This document shows, piece after piece, positions 53,784 to 62,909 of a stretch of DNA of 64,000 bases (positions are counted from its first letter, which is position 1; each line of letters opens with the position of its first letter). Origin of the DNA: Dermatophilaceae bacterium. GTDB taxonomy: Bacteria; Actinomycetota; Actinomycetes; Actinomycetales; Dermatophilaceae. Made by a program: the position numbers and the translations under genes. The notes beneath the pieces were generated by a model. The model was given only the letters and a program-made list of their open reading frames with translations, made no database searches and was not told where the DNA came from. The DNA is taken from NCBI GenBank assembly GCA_035448065.1, contig DAOTIG010000002.1:234-64233 (forward strand), written 5' to 3'.

Positions 53784-55282
53784 CCCCACACGAGCGCGCG
53801 GCCCGGATCCTCGAGCAGGGCCGCGACATCGGCGAGGTAGCGGGACCCGAGCTCGCCGTCGACGAGCCGGTGGTCGAAGGACAGCCCGAGGGTCGTCACG
53901 TGCCGGATCGCGATGGCGTCGACGCCGTCCTCGGTGACGACCCACGGCTGCTTGCGGATGACGCCGAAGGCCATGATGGCCGCCTCGCCCGGGTTGAGGA
54001 TCGGCGTGCCGGTGTCGACGCCGAAGACCCCGACGTTGGTGATGGTGATCGTGCCGCCGGCCATGTCGGCCGGTGGGGTGCGTCCCTCGCGCGCGGTGGC
54101 GGTCAGCGTCGAGATCGCCTCGGCCAGCTCGCGCAGGCTGAGCAGGTCGGCGTCCTTGATGTTGGGCACCATGAGCCCACGCGGGGTCGCAGCGGCGATG
54201 CCGAGGTTGACGTAGTGCTTGACCGCGATCTCCTGGGCGGCCTCGTCCCACGCGGCGTTGATCTGCGGGTTGCGCCGGACCGCGAGGCACATCGCCTTGG
54301 CGAGGATGAGCAGCGGGGTGACCTTGACGTCGCGGAACTCCCGATCGGCCTTCAGCCGCTCGACGAGGCGCATCGTCTCGGTGACGTCGACGGTGATCCA
54401 CTCGGTGACGTGCGGGGCGGTGAAAGCGGAGGCGACCATCGCCTGCGCGGTCACCTTGCGCACGCTCTTGATCGGCGTCCGTGTCTCGCCGCGGCTGTTC
54501 ACTCCCTCGGGGGGTGCGCCGAGCGTCCCGCGCTGGACCGACGAGTCAAGCGACGAGGAGGGATGGGCAGGACCAGAGCGATCCGGCTCGGCCCCCCGAG
54601 CCACGGCCGCCGACTCGACGTCGCTGCGGGTGACGATGCCGCCCGCTCCGCTGCCGGCGATGGTGTCGAGGTCGACGCCGAGGTCCTTGGCGAGCTTGCG
54701 CACCGGGGGCTTGGCCAGCGCTCGGGTCTGCTCCGGGGTGGGGGCCGGTTGGGCCGGCGCGGCCGCCGGCTCGCTCGACGGCTCCGGTCGCCCGGGGCGC
54801 CCGGCCGGCTCGGTCGGCTCGGCCGGTGCCGCTGCGACGTCGGGGACTCCCTCGGTCGCCGCGAGCACGCGCCGGGCGCGCCGCCGGGTGCCCTCGGCCT
54901 TGGGGCCGGAGCCGACGAGCAGCTTGACCGGCTCCTCCTCTGAGTCCGATGCTCCAGAGCCCGAACCGGCGCGCTCCCGGCCCGCGCTTCCCTCCTCGCT
55001 GCCGGCGCGTGAGCCGGGCGCCTGGGCTCCCGAGTCCCCGCTGCCGTCGTCGATCTGGATGATCGGCGTGCCGACGGCGACCTCCTGGCCGACCTCGGCG
55101 AGCAGGGCGACGACCGTGCCGGCCCACGGGATGGGCAGCTCGACGAGGGACTTGGCGGTCTCGACCTCGACGACGATGTCGTTGACCTTGACCTGGTCGC
55201 CGACGGCGACCTTCCACTCGACGATCTCGGCCTCGAGCAGGCCCTCGCCCGGGTCGGGGAGCTTGAACTCCTTCACAGCCAC
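53780..55282 (-). CDS. bkdC: Dihydrolipoamide acyltransferase, E2 of branched-chain 2-oxoacid dehydrogenase
   Basis: GTG start (VAVKEFKLPDPGEGLLEAEIVEWKV...VETAKSLVELP, lipoyl domain), E3-binding region (ALAKPPVRKLAKDLGVDL), and catalytic DHRLVDG. Confidence 0.85.
   Translation of the reverse strand: MAVKEFKLPDPGEGLLEAEIVEWKVAVGDQVKVNDIVVEVETAKSLVELPIPWAGTVVALLAEVGQEVAVGTPIIQIDDGSGDSGAQAPGSRAGSEEGSAGRERAGSGSGASDSEEEPVKLLVGSGPKAEGTRRRARRVLAATEGVPDVAAAPAEPTEPAGRPGRPEPSSEPAAAPAQPAPTPEQTRALAKPPVRKLAKDLGVDLDTIAGSGAGGIVTRSDVESAAVARGAEPDRSGPAHPSSSLDSSVQRGTLGAPPEGVNSRGETRTPIKSVRKVTAQAMVASAFTAPHVTEWITVDVTETMRLVERLKADREFRDVKVTPLLILAKAMCLAVRRNPQINAAWDEAAQEIAVKHYVNLGIAAATPRGLMVPNIKDADLLSLRELAEAISTLTATAREGRTPPADMAGGTITITNVGVFGVDTGTPILNPGEAAIMAFGVIRKQPWVVTEDGVDAIAIRHVTTLGLSFDHRLVDGELGSRYLADVAALLEDPGRALVWG
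54957..55000. repeat. 44-bp repeat, copy A, inside the E2 linker
   Basis: gagcccgaaccggcgcgcTcccgGcccgcgcttccctcctcgct. It differs at 2 positions from copy B at 57685-57728. A second shared block, gcgcctgggctc, lies at 55018-55029. Confidence 0.9.
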
Positions 55283-55314
55283 GGCATACCCAATCTTGTT
55301 GTGTGCGAGCGGTG

Positions 55315-56301
55315 TCAGTAGGCGAAGGACCGGTCGACCGCGTCGAGCACCCGGTCGAGGTCGGGCAGGAAGTGCTCCTCGAGCCGGCTCGCCGGATAGG
55401 GCGCGTTGTAGCCCGTGACCCGCAGCACCGGCGCCTCGAGATGGTAGAAGCAGCGCTCGGTGACCGCAGCGGCGATCTCGGCGCCGAAGCCGCAGAACTC
55501 GCTGGCCTCGTGCACGACGACGAGCCGCCGGGTCTTCTCGACCGAGGTCGTCAGGGCGTCGATGTCGAGCGGCGACACCGAGCGCAGGTCGATGACCTCG
55601 AGCGAGCGCCCCTCTGTCGCAGCGGCGTTCGCGGCATCCATGCAGGTCTTCACCATCGGCCCGTAGGCCGCGAGGGTGAGGTCGGCGCCCTCGCTCAGCA
55701 GCCGCGCCTCGAAGAGACCGCGCGGTGCCTCGGTGGCCTCGAGGTCGACCTCGCCCTTCTCGTGGTAGCGCCGCTTGGGCTCGTAGAAGATCACCGGGTC
55801 GTCGCACTCGATGGCCTGCTGGATCATCCAGTAGGCATCCTCGGGGTTGCTGCAGAAGACGACCTTGAGCCCCAGCGTGTGCGCGAAGTAGGCCTCGTTG
55901 GACTCGCTGTGGTGCTCCACCGCGCCGATGCCGCCACCCATCGGGATACGCACGACGACCGGGACCTTGAGGTGCCCGCGCGAGCGCGAGTGCAGCTTGG
56001 CGAGCTGGCTGACGATCTGGTCGAAGCCGGGGTAGACGAAGCCGTCGAACTGGATCTCGACGACCGGCCGATAGCCCCGCAGCGCCATCCCGATCGCCGT
56101 GCCGACGATGCCCGACTCGGCCAGCGGCGCGTCGATGACCCGGTCCTCGCCGAAGTCCTTCTGCAGGTGCTCGGTGATCCGGAAGACCCCGCCGAGCTTG
56201 CCGATGTCCTCACCGGTGAGGATGACCTTGGGGTCGCGATCCATGGCCCGGCGCAGGCCGGCGTTGAGCGCCTTGGCGATCGTCGTGCGCGTGGCCGCCA
56301 T
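55315..56301 (-). CDS. bkdB: 2-oxoisovalerate dehydrogenase E1 beta subunit
   Basis: MAATRTTIAKALNAGLRRAMDRDPKVILTGEDIGKLGGVFRIT...DAPLAESGIVG. ATG at 56301 chosen. The track start is the GTG at 56310. Confidence 0.9.
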   Translation of the reverse strand: MAATRTTIAKALNAGLRRAMDRDPKVILTGEDIGKLGGVFRITEHLQKDFGEDRVIDAPLAESGIVGTAIGMALRGYRPVVEIQFDGFVYPGFDQIVSQLAKLHSRSRGHLKVPVVVRIPMGGGIGAVEHHSESNEAYFAHTLGLKVVFCSNPEDAYWMIQQAIECDDPVIFYEPKRRYHEKGEVDLEATEAPRGLFEARLLSEGADLTLAAYGPMVKTCMDAANAAATEGRSLEVIDLRSVSPLDIDALTTSVEKTRRLVVVHEASEFCGFGAEIAAAVTERCFYHLEAPVLRVTGYNAPYPASRLEEHFLPDLDRVLDAVDRSFAY

Positions 56302-56302
56302 G

Positions 56303-57475
56303 TCACTCACCGTCCTCGTCGGCGAAGGAGTCGAGGTAGTCGCGCAACTGGTCGTAGTGGTCGTCGACCTGTCGGTGCGGCTCGACGTAGACGTGCTCGA
56401 AGATGTCGCCGACCTCCGGGTCCGGCATGCCCACCGTCTCGGCGCGCAGCCGGGCCGCGAGCTCGTCGGCCTGCTCCTCGACCGAGGCGAAGAAGGCGCC
56501 GTCGGCGATGCCCTCGTGGCCGAGCCAGGCCTTGAAGCGGGCGATCGGGTCGCGCAGCTTCCACATCTCGACCTCGGCGGCGAAGCGGTACTTCGTCGGG
56601 TCGTCGGAGGTGGTGTGCGCGCCCATCCGGTAGGTGTAGGCCTCGATGAGCGAGGGCCCCTCCCCCGACCTAGCGCGGTCGAGCATCGCCCGCGTCACGG
56701 CATACACGGCGAGGACGTCGTTGCCGTCGACCCGGACGCCGGGGAAGCCGAAGCCGTCGGCTCGGCGGTAGATCGGGATGCGGGTCTGGCGGGTGTTCGG
56801 CTCGGAGATGGCCCACTGGTTGTTCTGGCAGAAGAAGACGATCGGGCTGTCGTTGACCGCGGCGAAGACGAAGCCCTCGTTGACGTCGCCCTGCGCGGTC
56901 GCGCCGTCGCCCATGAAGGCGACGACCGCGGTGTCGCGGTCGGGGTCGCCGGTGCCGACCGCCCCGTCGCGCTGGACGCCCATCGCGTACCCGACGCCGA
57001 GCAGCACCTGGTTGCCGATGACGATCGTGTAGCCGTGGAAGTTGTGCGCGTTCGGGTCCCACGCGCCCTTGTCGACGCCGCGGAACAGGCCGATGAGCTC
57101 CATCGGGTCGATCCCGCGGCACCAGGCGATGCCGTGCTCGCGATAGCCGGGGAAGGCGTAGTCCTGCCGGCGCATCGCCCGGCCGCAGCCGATCTGGCTG
57201 GCCTCCTGCCCGAGCAGGCTGACCCAGATGCCGAGCTCGCCCTGGCGTTGCAGGGCGGTGGCCTCCTGGTCGACCCGGCGCACGAGGACCAGGTCGCGGT
57301 AGAGCCCGCGCAGGTCGTCGTGGGTCAGCTCGTCGAGGTAGTGCACGTAGTCGGCCGCCGTTCCGCCCAGCACGCGCTCGCCCTCGGGGGTGAGCAGCTG
57401 GATCATGTCGACGCCGCCATCGGCGCTCGCGGGAGGGCGTCGGTCGAGGACCGAGGCCGAGCCGGTGTCGCTCAC
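56303..57475 (-). CDS. bkdA: 2-oxoisovalerate dehydrogenase E1 alpha subunit (TPP-dependent)
   Basis: GTG at 57475 preceded by AAGGAG. TPP motif: FMGDGATAQGDVNEGFVFAAVNDSPIVFFCQNN. Confidence 0.85.
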   Translation of the reverse strand: MSDTGSASVLDRRPPASADGGVDMIQLLTPEGERVLGGTAADYVHYLDELTHDDLRGLYRDLVLVRRVDQEATALQRQGELGIWVSLLGQEASQIGCGRAMRRQDYAFPGYREHGIAWCRGIDPMELIGLFRGVDKGAWDPNAHNFHGYTIVIGNQVLLGVGYAMGVQRDGAVGTGDPDRDTAVVAFMGDGATAQGDVNEGFVFAAVNDSPIVFFCQNNQWAISEPNTRQTRIPIYRRADGFGFPGVRVDGNDVLAVYAVTRAMLDRARSGEGPSLIEAYTYRMGAHTTSDDPTKYRFAAEVEMWKLRDPIARFKAWLGHEGIADGAFFASVEEQADELAARLRAETVGMPDPEVGDIFEHVYVEPHRQVDDHYDQLRDYLDSFADEDGE

Positions 57476-57645
57476 AGCCACTCCTTGTCGTCCCGGGGTC
57501 GCCGGGCCGGTCAGTCGCCGGCGCGCTGGCCGGGATCGCCGGACGGTCGCCGCGCGGGCGTCGTTGCCGCTGGTTGGGGGCCACCCTAGCCGCAGACCAG
57601 GGTGAATCTCACGCCCGACCCAGCGCTCGTGCGAGTCTGGTCGGT

Positions 57646-60600
57646 ATGCCGCGCACCACCGCACCGCTCGAGCCGGATCCTCGCGAGCCCGAACCGGCGC
57701 GCCCCCGACCCGCGCTTCCCTCCTCGCTCGCTCCTGTCAACAGCTCGCGAGGCGAGCGCGCCTGGGCTCTTGAGCAGCGGTTCACCGCCGACGCGGGGAC
57801 GCACTACCTCACCGGCATCCAGGCGCTGGTGCGGATGCTGCGCGATCGGGCGGTGCTCGACCGGCATACCGGATTGTCGACCTCGACCTTCGTGTCCGGC
57901 TACGAGGGCTCACCACTCTCGGGCTACGACCAGGAGCTGGCCCGACGTGCCGGGCTCTTCGCCGGGCTCGACCTCGTGCACCGGCCGGGGCTCAACGAGG
58001 AGATCGCGGCGACCTCGGTGATGGGCACCCAGGTCGCCGCCACCGTCGCGACGCTGCGGCCCGACGGGGTGGTCGGCTATTGGTACGGCAAGGCGCCCGG
58101 CCTGGACCGCGCGACCGACGCGCTGCGACACGCCAACATCATCGGCACCTCGCCGACCGGAGGCGCGGTCGCGCTGGTCGGCGACGACGCGGGGGCCAAG
58201 TCCTCGACCGTGCCGTCCGGCTCGGAGCTCGCCCTCGCCGATCTCTGGATGCCGACCCTCGTGCCCGCGGACGCGCAGGACGCGCTGGACCTCGGCGTGC
58301 ACGCGGCGCTGCTGTCCCGCGCGAGCGGGCTCTGGGCGGCACTGAAGATCAGCGTGCCGATGGCCGACGGGGCCAGCACGGCCCAGGTTGGTCTCGACCG
58401 CTTCGACGCGGCGCTCGCGGCCACCGCCGGGCTCGGGCCGAGCCGGCACCGGCCGACGGCTGCGGTCTTCGGGCGACCGCTGGCCGAGCTCGAGCGGTCG
58501 CTGCACGACGTGCGCCTGCCCCGAGCGGTCGACTACCTGCGCCTCGCGGGGATCAACCGGATCGAGGGCGCCCGGGGCGGCGCGCGCATCGGCATCGTCG
58601 CCGCCGGCACCACCTGGCTCGCTGTGCGAGAGGCGTTGCGGCTGTTGGGAATCCGCGATGAGGAGCTTGGTTCCCGCGGCATCCGGCTGCTCAAGCTCGG
58701 AGCCGTGTGGCCGCTCGAGCCGGGCATCGTCCGCGAGTTCGCCGACGGGCTGGCCGAGATCGTCGTCGTCGAGGAGAAGCGCTCGTTCGTCGAGAGCGGC
58801 ATCCGCGACCTGCTCTACGGCCGGGCCGACGCGCCGGTCGTCGTGGGCCGCACCGACGAGCGCGGAGACCGGCTCTTCACGCCCATCGGCGACCTCGACG
58901 TCGACGCGGTGACGACCGGCCTGGCCTCCCGATTGGGAATGCCGCCCGCACCCTCGGCCGAGCCGATCCGGATGCCCTCGCTGCCGATCACGCCCACGCC
59001 GACGCTGGCCGCCCGCACGCCCTACTTCTGCTCAGGCTGCCCGCACAACACGTCGACCAAGGTGCCCGACGGCACGCTCGTGGGCGGCGGCATCGGCTGC
59101 CATGCGCTCGTGCTGCTCATGGACCCGAAGCAGGTCGGCACGGTCACCGGCCTGACCCAGATGGGCGGCGAAGGCAGCCAGTGGATCGGCATGTCGCCCT
59201 TCGTCACCGAGGGACACATCGTGCAGAACATCGGCGACGGCACCTTCGCCCACTCCGGCTCTCTCGCGGTGCGGGCCGCGATCGCGAGCGGTGCCAACCT
59301 CACCTACAAGCTGCTCTTCAACGGCACAGTCGCGATGACCGGCGGCCAGGACCCGGTCGGCGCGATGACGCTCGATCAGGTATGCCGCGTGCTCCTCGCC
59401 GAGGGCGTCGCCCGCATCGTCGTCACCGGCGATGACGTCGAACGGCTCTCTGCCGCAGGGCTGCCCGCGGGTGTCGACGTCCGCCCACGGGCCGACGTCG
59501 TCGAGGTGCAGCGCGAGCTTGCCGCCGTGCCGGGGGTGACCGTGCTCGTCCACGACCAGGCCTGCGCCACCGAGCAGCGACGGCGGCGCAAGCGCGGCAC
59601 GGTCGCACCGGCCGCGACCAGGGTCTGGATCAACGAGCGGATCTGCGAGGGCTGCGGCGACTGCGGCGAGAAGTCCAACTGTCTGTCCGTGCATCCGGTC
59701 GACACCGCCTTCGGGCGCAAGACGCGCATCCACCAGAGCTCGTGCAACGTCGACGCCTCCTGCCTTGCGGGCGACTGTCCCTCCTTCGTGACCGTTGTGC
59801 CGGGTCGACCGGTCGAGCGGGATCGGGCGGCCGACCTCGCCGACGACGCGATCCCCCCGCCGGTCGATGAGACCGTCAGCGGCGCAGCCGATTTCGCGAT
59901 GCGGATCACTGGGATCGGTGGCACCGGGGTGGTCACGGTGTCGCAGATCCTCGCGACAGCGGCGGTGCTCGAGGGTCGGCATGCCCGGGCGCTCGACCAG
60001 ACCGGCGCCGCGCAGAAGGGCGGCGCGGTCGTCGGCGACGTGCGGGTGACTGCCGAGCCGGTCGAGTGCTCCCCGAAGATCCCGGCGGGTGGCGCCGATC
60101 TCTACCTCGTGTGTGACGAGCTCGTCGGGGCGGACCCGAGAAACCTCGTCGTCGCGTCACCCCAGCGCACGGTGGCGGTGGTGTCCTCGACCCGCACGCC
60201 GACCGGGTCGATGGTCGTCGACACGGGCGTGACCTATCCACAGGCAGATTCGGTGGCCGCTGTGCTCGAGCCGGCAATGCGCCGGACGCTGCGGCTGGAC
60301 CCGGCTGGACTGTCGATGCAGTGCTTCGGGTCGGCGCAGTACGCCAACCTCGTCCTCGTCGGAGTTGCCTATCAGGCCGGAGCGCTGCCGATCGGCGCCG
60401 CCGCGATCGAGCAGGCCATCGAGCTCAACGGCGTGTCCGTGCACGCCAACGTCCAGGCCTTCCGCCGCGGCCGCCAGTCGGTGGCCGACCCGGACTCCTT
60501 AGTGTCGGCAATCGCACTGGCGCACAAGGGGGTCCGGGTTGCCGGGGCCCGCGCTGGTCACGGGAAGCGCGGTGGTGAGCCACCGGCATACCGGAGCGAG

Positions 60601-61227
60601 GCGAGTCTCGCCGAGCTCGTGGCGCACCGGCGCGCGGAGCTGGTCGACTACCAGGACGAGCGCTACGCCGGCCGGTATGCCGCCTTCGTCGAGCAGGTGC
60701 GCGCGGCCGAGTCGGCGGCGGTGCCGGGCTCGGAGCGGCTGGCCCGGGCGGTGGCCCACCACCTGCACAAGCTGATGGCCTACAAGGACGAGTACGAGGT
60801 GGCCCGGCTGGCGACGCTGCCGGAGGTTCAGGCCGAGCTCGCCGACCTCTTCGGCTCGGACGCGCAGGCGTCGGTCATGCTGCACCCGCCGATGCTGCGG
60901 GCGCTCGGGATGCAGCGCAAGCTCGCTCTCGGCGCCGCGGCGCGACCGGTGCTCGAGCGCCTGGCGTCGCTGAAGTCGTTGCGGGGCAGACCGATCGACC
61001 CCTTCGGCAAGGCGCACGTCCGCCGGGTGGAGCGCCGGCTGATCCGCGACTATCACGACACGATCGAGGCCCTGCTGCCGCGGATCAGCCCTGCGACCCT
61101 CGACGCTCTGGTCGAGATCGCCGAGCTGCCCGACCTGATCCGCGGCTACGAGGAGATCAAGCTGCGCACCGTCGAGCGCTACCGCACCGCCCTCGCCACG
61201 GCGCTCCGGGAGCTGCCGACCGAGTAG
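57646..61227 (+). CDS. Indolepyruvate:ferredoxin oxidoreductase family protein (fused IorA/IorB, about 1190 aa)
   Basis: LTGIQALVRMLRD, GYEGSPLSGYD, GDGTFAHSG (TPP), ferredoxin-like CxxCGDCGEKSNC, C-terminal IorB-like ITGIGGTGVVT. Start at the ATG inside a GGTATGCCGC motif. Confidence 0.85.
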   Translation: MPRTTAPLEPDPREPEPARPRPALPSSLAPVNSSRGERAWALEQRFTADAGTHYLTGIQALVRMLRDRAVLDRHTGLSTSTFVSGYEGSPLSGYDQELARRAGLFAGLDLVHRPGLNEEIAATSVMGTQVAATVATLRPDGVVGYWYGKAPGLDRATDALRHANIIGTSPTGGAVALVGDDAGAKSSTVPSGSELALADLWMPTLVPADAQDALDLGVHAALLSRASGLWAALKISVPMADGASTAQVGLDRFDAALAATAGLGPSRHRPTAAVFGRPLAELERSLHDVRLPRAVDYLRLAGINRIEGARGGARIGIVAAGTTWLAVREALRLLGIRDEELGSRGIRLLKLGAVWPLEPGIVREFADGLAEIVVVEEKRSFVESGIRDLLYGRADAPVVVGRTDERGDRLFTPIGDLDVDAVTTGLASRLGMPPAPSAEPIRMPSLPITPTPTLAARTPYFCSGCPHNTSTKVPDGTLVGGGIGCHALVLLMDPKQVGTVTGLTQMGGEGSQWIGMSPFVTEGHIVQNIGDGTFAHSGSLAVRAAIASGANLTYKLLFNGTVAMTGGQDPVGAMTLDQVCRVLLAEGVARIVVTGDDVERLSAAGLPAGVDVRPRADVVEVQRELAAVPGVTVLVHDQACATEQRRRRKRGTVAPAATRVWINERICEGCGDCGEKSNCLSVHPVDTAFGRKTRIHQSSCNVDASCLAGDCPSFVTVVPGRPVERDRAADLADDAIPPPVDETVSGAADFAMRITGIGGTGVVTVSQILATAAVLEGRHARALDQTGAAQKGGAVVGDVRVTAEPVECSPKIPAGGADLYLVCDELVGADPRNLVVASPQRTVAVVSSTRTPTGSMVVDTGVTYPQADSVAAVLEPAMRRTLRLDPAGLSMQCFGSAQYANLVLVGVAYQAGALPIGAAAIEQAIELNGVSVHANVQAFRRGRQSVADPDSLVSAIALAHKGVRVAGARAGHGKRGGEPPAYRSEASLAELVAHRRAELVDYQDERYAGRYAAFVEQVRAAESAAVPGSERLARAVAHHLHKLMAYKDEYEVARLATLPEVQAELADLFGSDAQASVMLHPPMLRALGMQRKLALGAAARPVLERLASLKSLRGRPIDPFGKAHVRRVERRLIRDYHDTIEALLPRISPATLDALVEIAELPDLIRGYEEIKLRTVERYRTALATALRELPTE
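57685..57728. repeat. 44-bp repeat, copy B, inside the N-terminal extension of the IOR-like gene
   Basis: gagcccgaaccggcgcgcCcccgAcccgcgcttccctcctcgct. The shared block gcgcctgggctc recurs at 57758-57769. Confidence 0.9.
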
Positions 61228-61262
61228 CGGAGCCGGGAGGGCGGGGCGCGGCCCCGGTGCGC

Positions 61263-62372
61263 TCAGCGCGGACCGAAGGTGCGGCATACCTCGAGGAAGC
61301 GCGTGTTGGCCTCGGGCTCACCGATGGTGACCCGCACGCCGTCGTCGCCGTAGCGGCGCACCATCAGCCCGGCGGCCTCGCACGCCTCGGCGAAGGCCGC
61401 ACCGTCGGTGCCGATCGGGAACCACACGAAGTTCGCCTCCGACGGAGCCAGCGCCCAGCCCTGCTCGGCGAGCCCGGCCGCCACCCGCTCGCGCTCGGCG
61501 ACGATGTCGCGCACCCGCACCATGAGCTCGTCGCGCGCCTCGAGCGAGGCGATCGCCGCCGCCTGGGCAAGGCTGTTGACGCCGAAGGGGACGGCGGTCT
61601 TGCGCAGCGCCGCCGCGACCGCCTCGTGCGCGACGGCATAGCCGACCCGCAGGCCGGCCAGGCCGTAGGCCTTGGAGAAGGTCCGCAGCACCATGACGTT
61701 GGGGTTGGCCCGCCACACCTCGATGGCGTCGGGAGCGTCGGGGTCCGTGACGAACTCGGTGTAGGCCTCGTCGAGCACGACGAGCACGTGCCGCGGCACG
61801 GCCTGCAGGAAGGCCTCGAGCTCGGCGCGGTGGACGACCGTGCCGGTGGGGTTGTTCGGGCTGCAGACGATGACCACCCGGGTGCGGTCGGTGACGGCTG
61901 CGGCCATCGCGTCGAGCCGGTGCCGCTGCCCCTCGTCGACGGCCACCGGCACCCCGACCGCATCGGCGAGCGCCGCGACGATGGGATAGGCCTCGAAGGA
62001 GCGCCAGGCATAGACGACCTCGTCGCCGGCGTCGCAGGTCGACTGGACGATCTGGCCGAGGATGCCGACCGACCCGGTGCCGACCGCGATGTTCGCCGGG
62101 TCGCAGCCGACGAAGGCCGCGATCGCCGCGATGAGGTCGACCGAGGCCATGTCGGGATAGCGGTTGATCGTGTCGAGCTGCTTGTCGAGGACGACTCGCA
62201 CCGAGTCCAGCGGCGGGAAGGGGTTCTCGTTCGACGACAGCTTGTATGCCGTGACGCCCTCCGGCGCGCGCGCGGGCTTGCCAGGGACATAGGCAGGCAC
62301 TCGGTCGAGGGCGGCCCGCAGCCGCGGGTGCAGGTCGGCGCTGGCAGGGGAGGTGTCGGGGCGCTCGGTCAT
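61263..62372 (-). CDS. Histidinol-phosphate/aromatic aminotransferase (HisC family)
   Basis: LSSNENPFPP, YPD, VCSPNNPTG, FSKAYGLAGLRVGY. Confidence 0.85.
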   Translation of the reverse strand: MTERPDTSPASADLHPRLRAALDRVPAYVPGKPARAPEGVTAYKLSSNENPFPPLDSVRVVLDKQLDTINRYPDMASVDLIAAIAAFVGCDPANIAVGTGSVGILGQIVQSTCDAGDEVVYAWRSFEAYPIVAALADAVGVPVAVDEGQRHRLDAMAAAVTDRTRVVIVCSPNNPTGTVVHRAELEAFLQAVPRHVLVVLDEAYTEFVTDPDAPDAIEVWRANPNVMVLRTFSKAYGLAGLRVGYAVAHEAVAAALRKTAVPFGVNSLAQAAAIASLEARDELMVRVRDIVAERERVAAGLAEQGWALAPSEANFVWFPIGTDGAAFAEACEAAGLMVRRYGDDGVRVTIGEPEANTRFLEVCRTFGPR

Positions 62373-62432
62373 AGGGAGAATCTAGGGGACGACCGGGACG
62401 CGGTGCGAGGTTAGCCGTGCGACGATGCCGCC

Positions 62433-62828
62433 ATGCGCAGCCTCGTCGTCAAGATCGTCGTCAACGCCGCGGCCCTGTGGGTCGCCGCCCTCGTCGTGCC
62501 CGGCATCCACATCGGTCAGGGTGCGCAGTGGACGGCGACCTTCACGACCGTGGTGCTCGTCGCGCTCCTCTTCGGCGTCGTCAACGCCCTCATCAAGCCG
62601 GTGGTGCACTTCTTCGCGACGCCGTTCATCTGGCTGACGCTCGGGTTGTTCACGATCGTCGTCAACGCGCTCATGCTCCAGCTCACGTCGTGGCTCTCCG
62701 GCAACCTCGGGCTGGCCTTCCATGTCGACAGCTTCTTCTGGAGCGCCGTGCTCGGGGCGCTGCTCATCAGCGTCGTGTCGATGGTGCTGCACGGCGTCAT
62801 CCCGGAGAAGAGCCGCAACCGCGACTGA
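62433..62828 (+). CDS. Phage_holin_4_2 / DUF360 family membrane protein
   Basis: MRSLVVKIVVNAAALWVAALVVPGIHI...VVLVALLFGVVNALIKPVV...LGLFTIVVNALMLQLTSWL. Confidence 0.75.
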   Translation: MRSLVVKIVVNAAALWVAALVVPGIHIGQGAQWTATFTTVVLVALLFGVVNALIKPVVHFFATPFIWLTLGLFTIVVNALMLQLTSWLSGNLGLAFHVDSFFWSAVLGALLISVVSMVLHGVIPEKSRNRD

Positions 62829-62909
62829 CCGCCCGCCCACAACACCCATCGGGTATGCCGCGGAAGGTTCCGGTTGTCCTGTGCCACAACGGCACCCGAG
62901 ACTGCTGGG

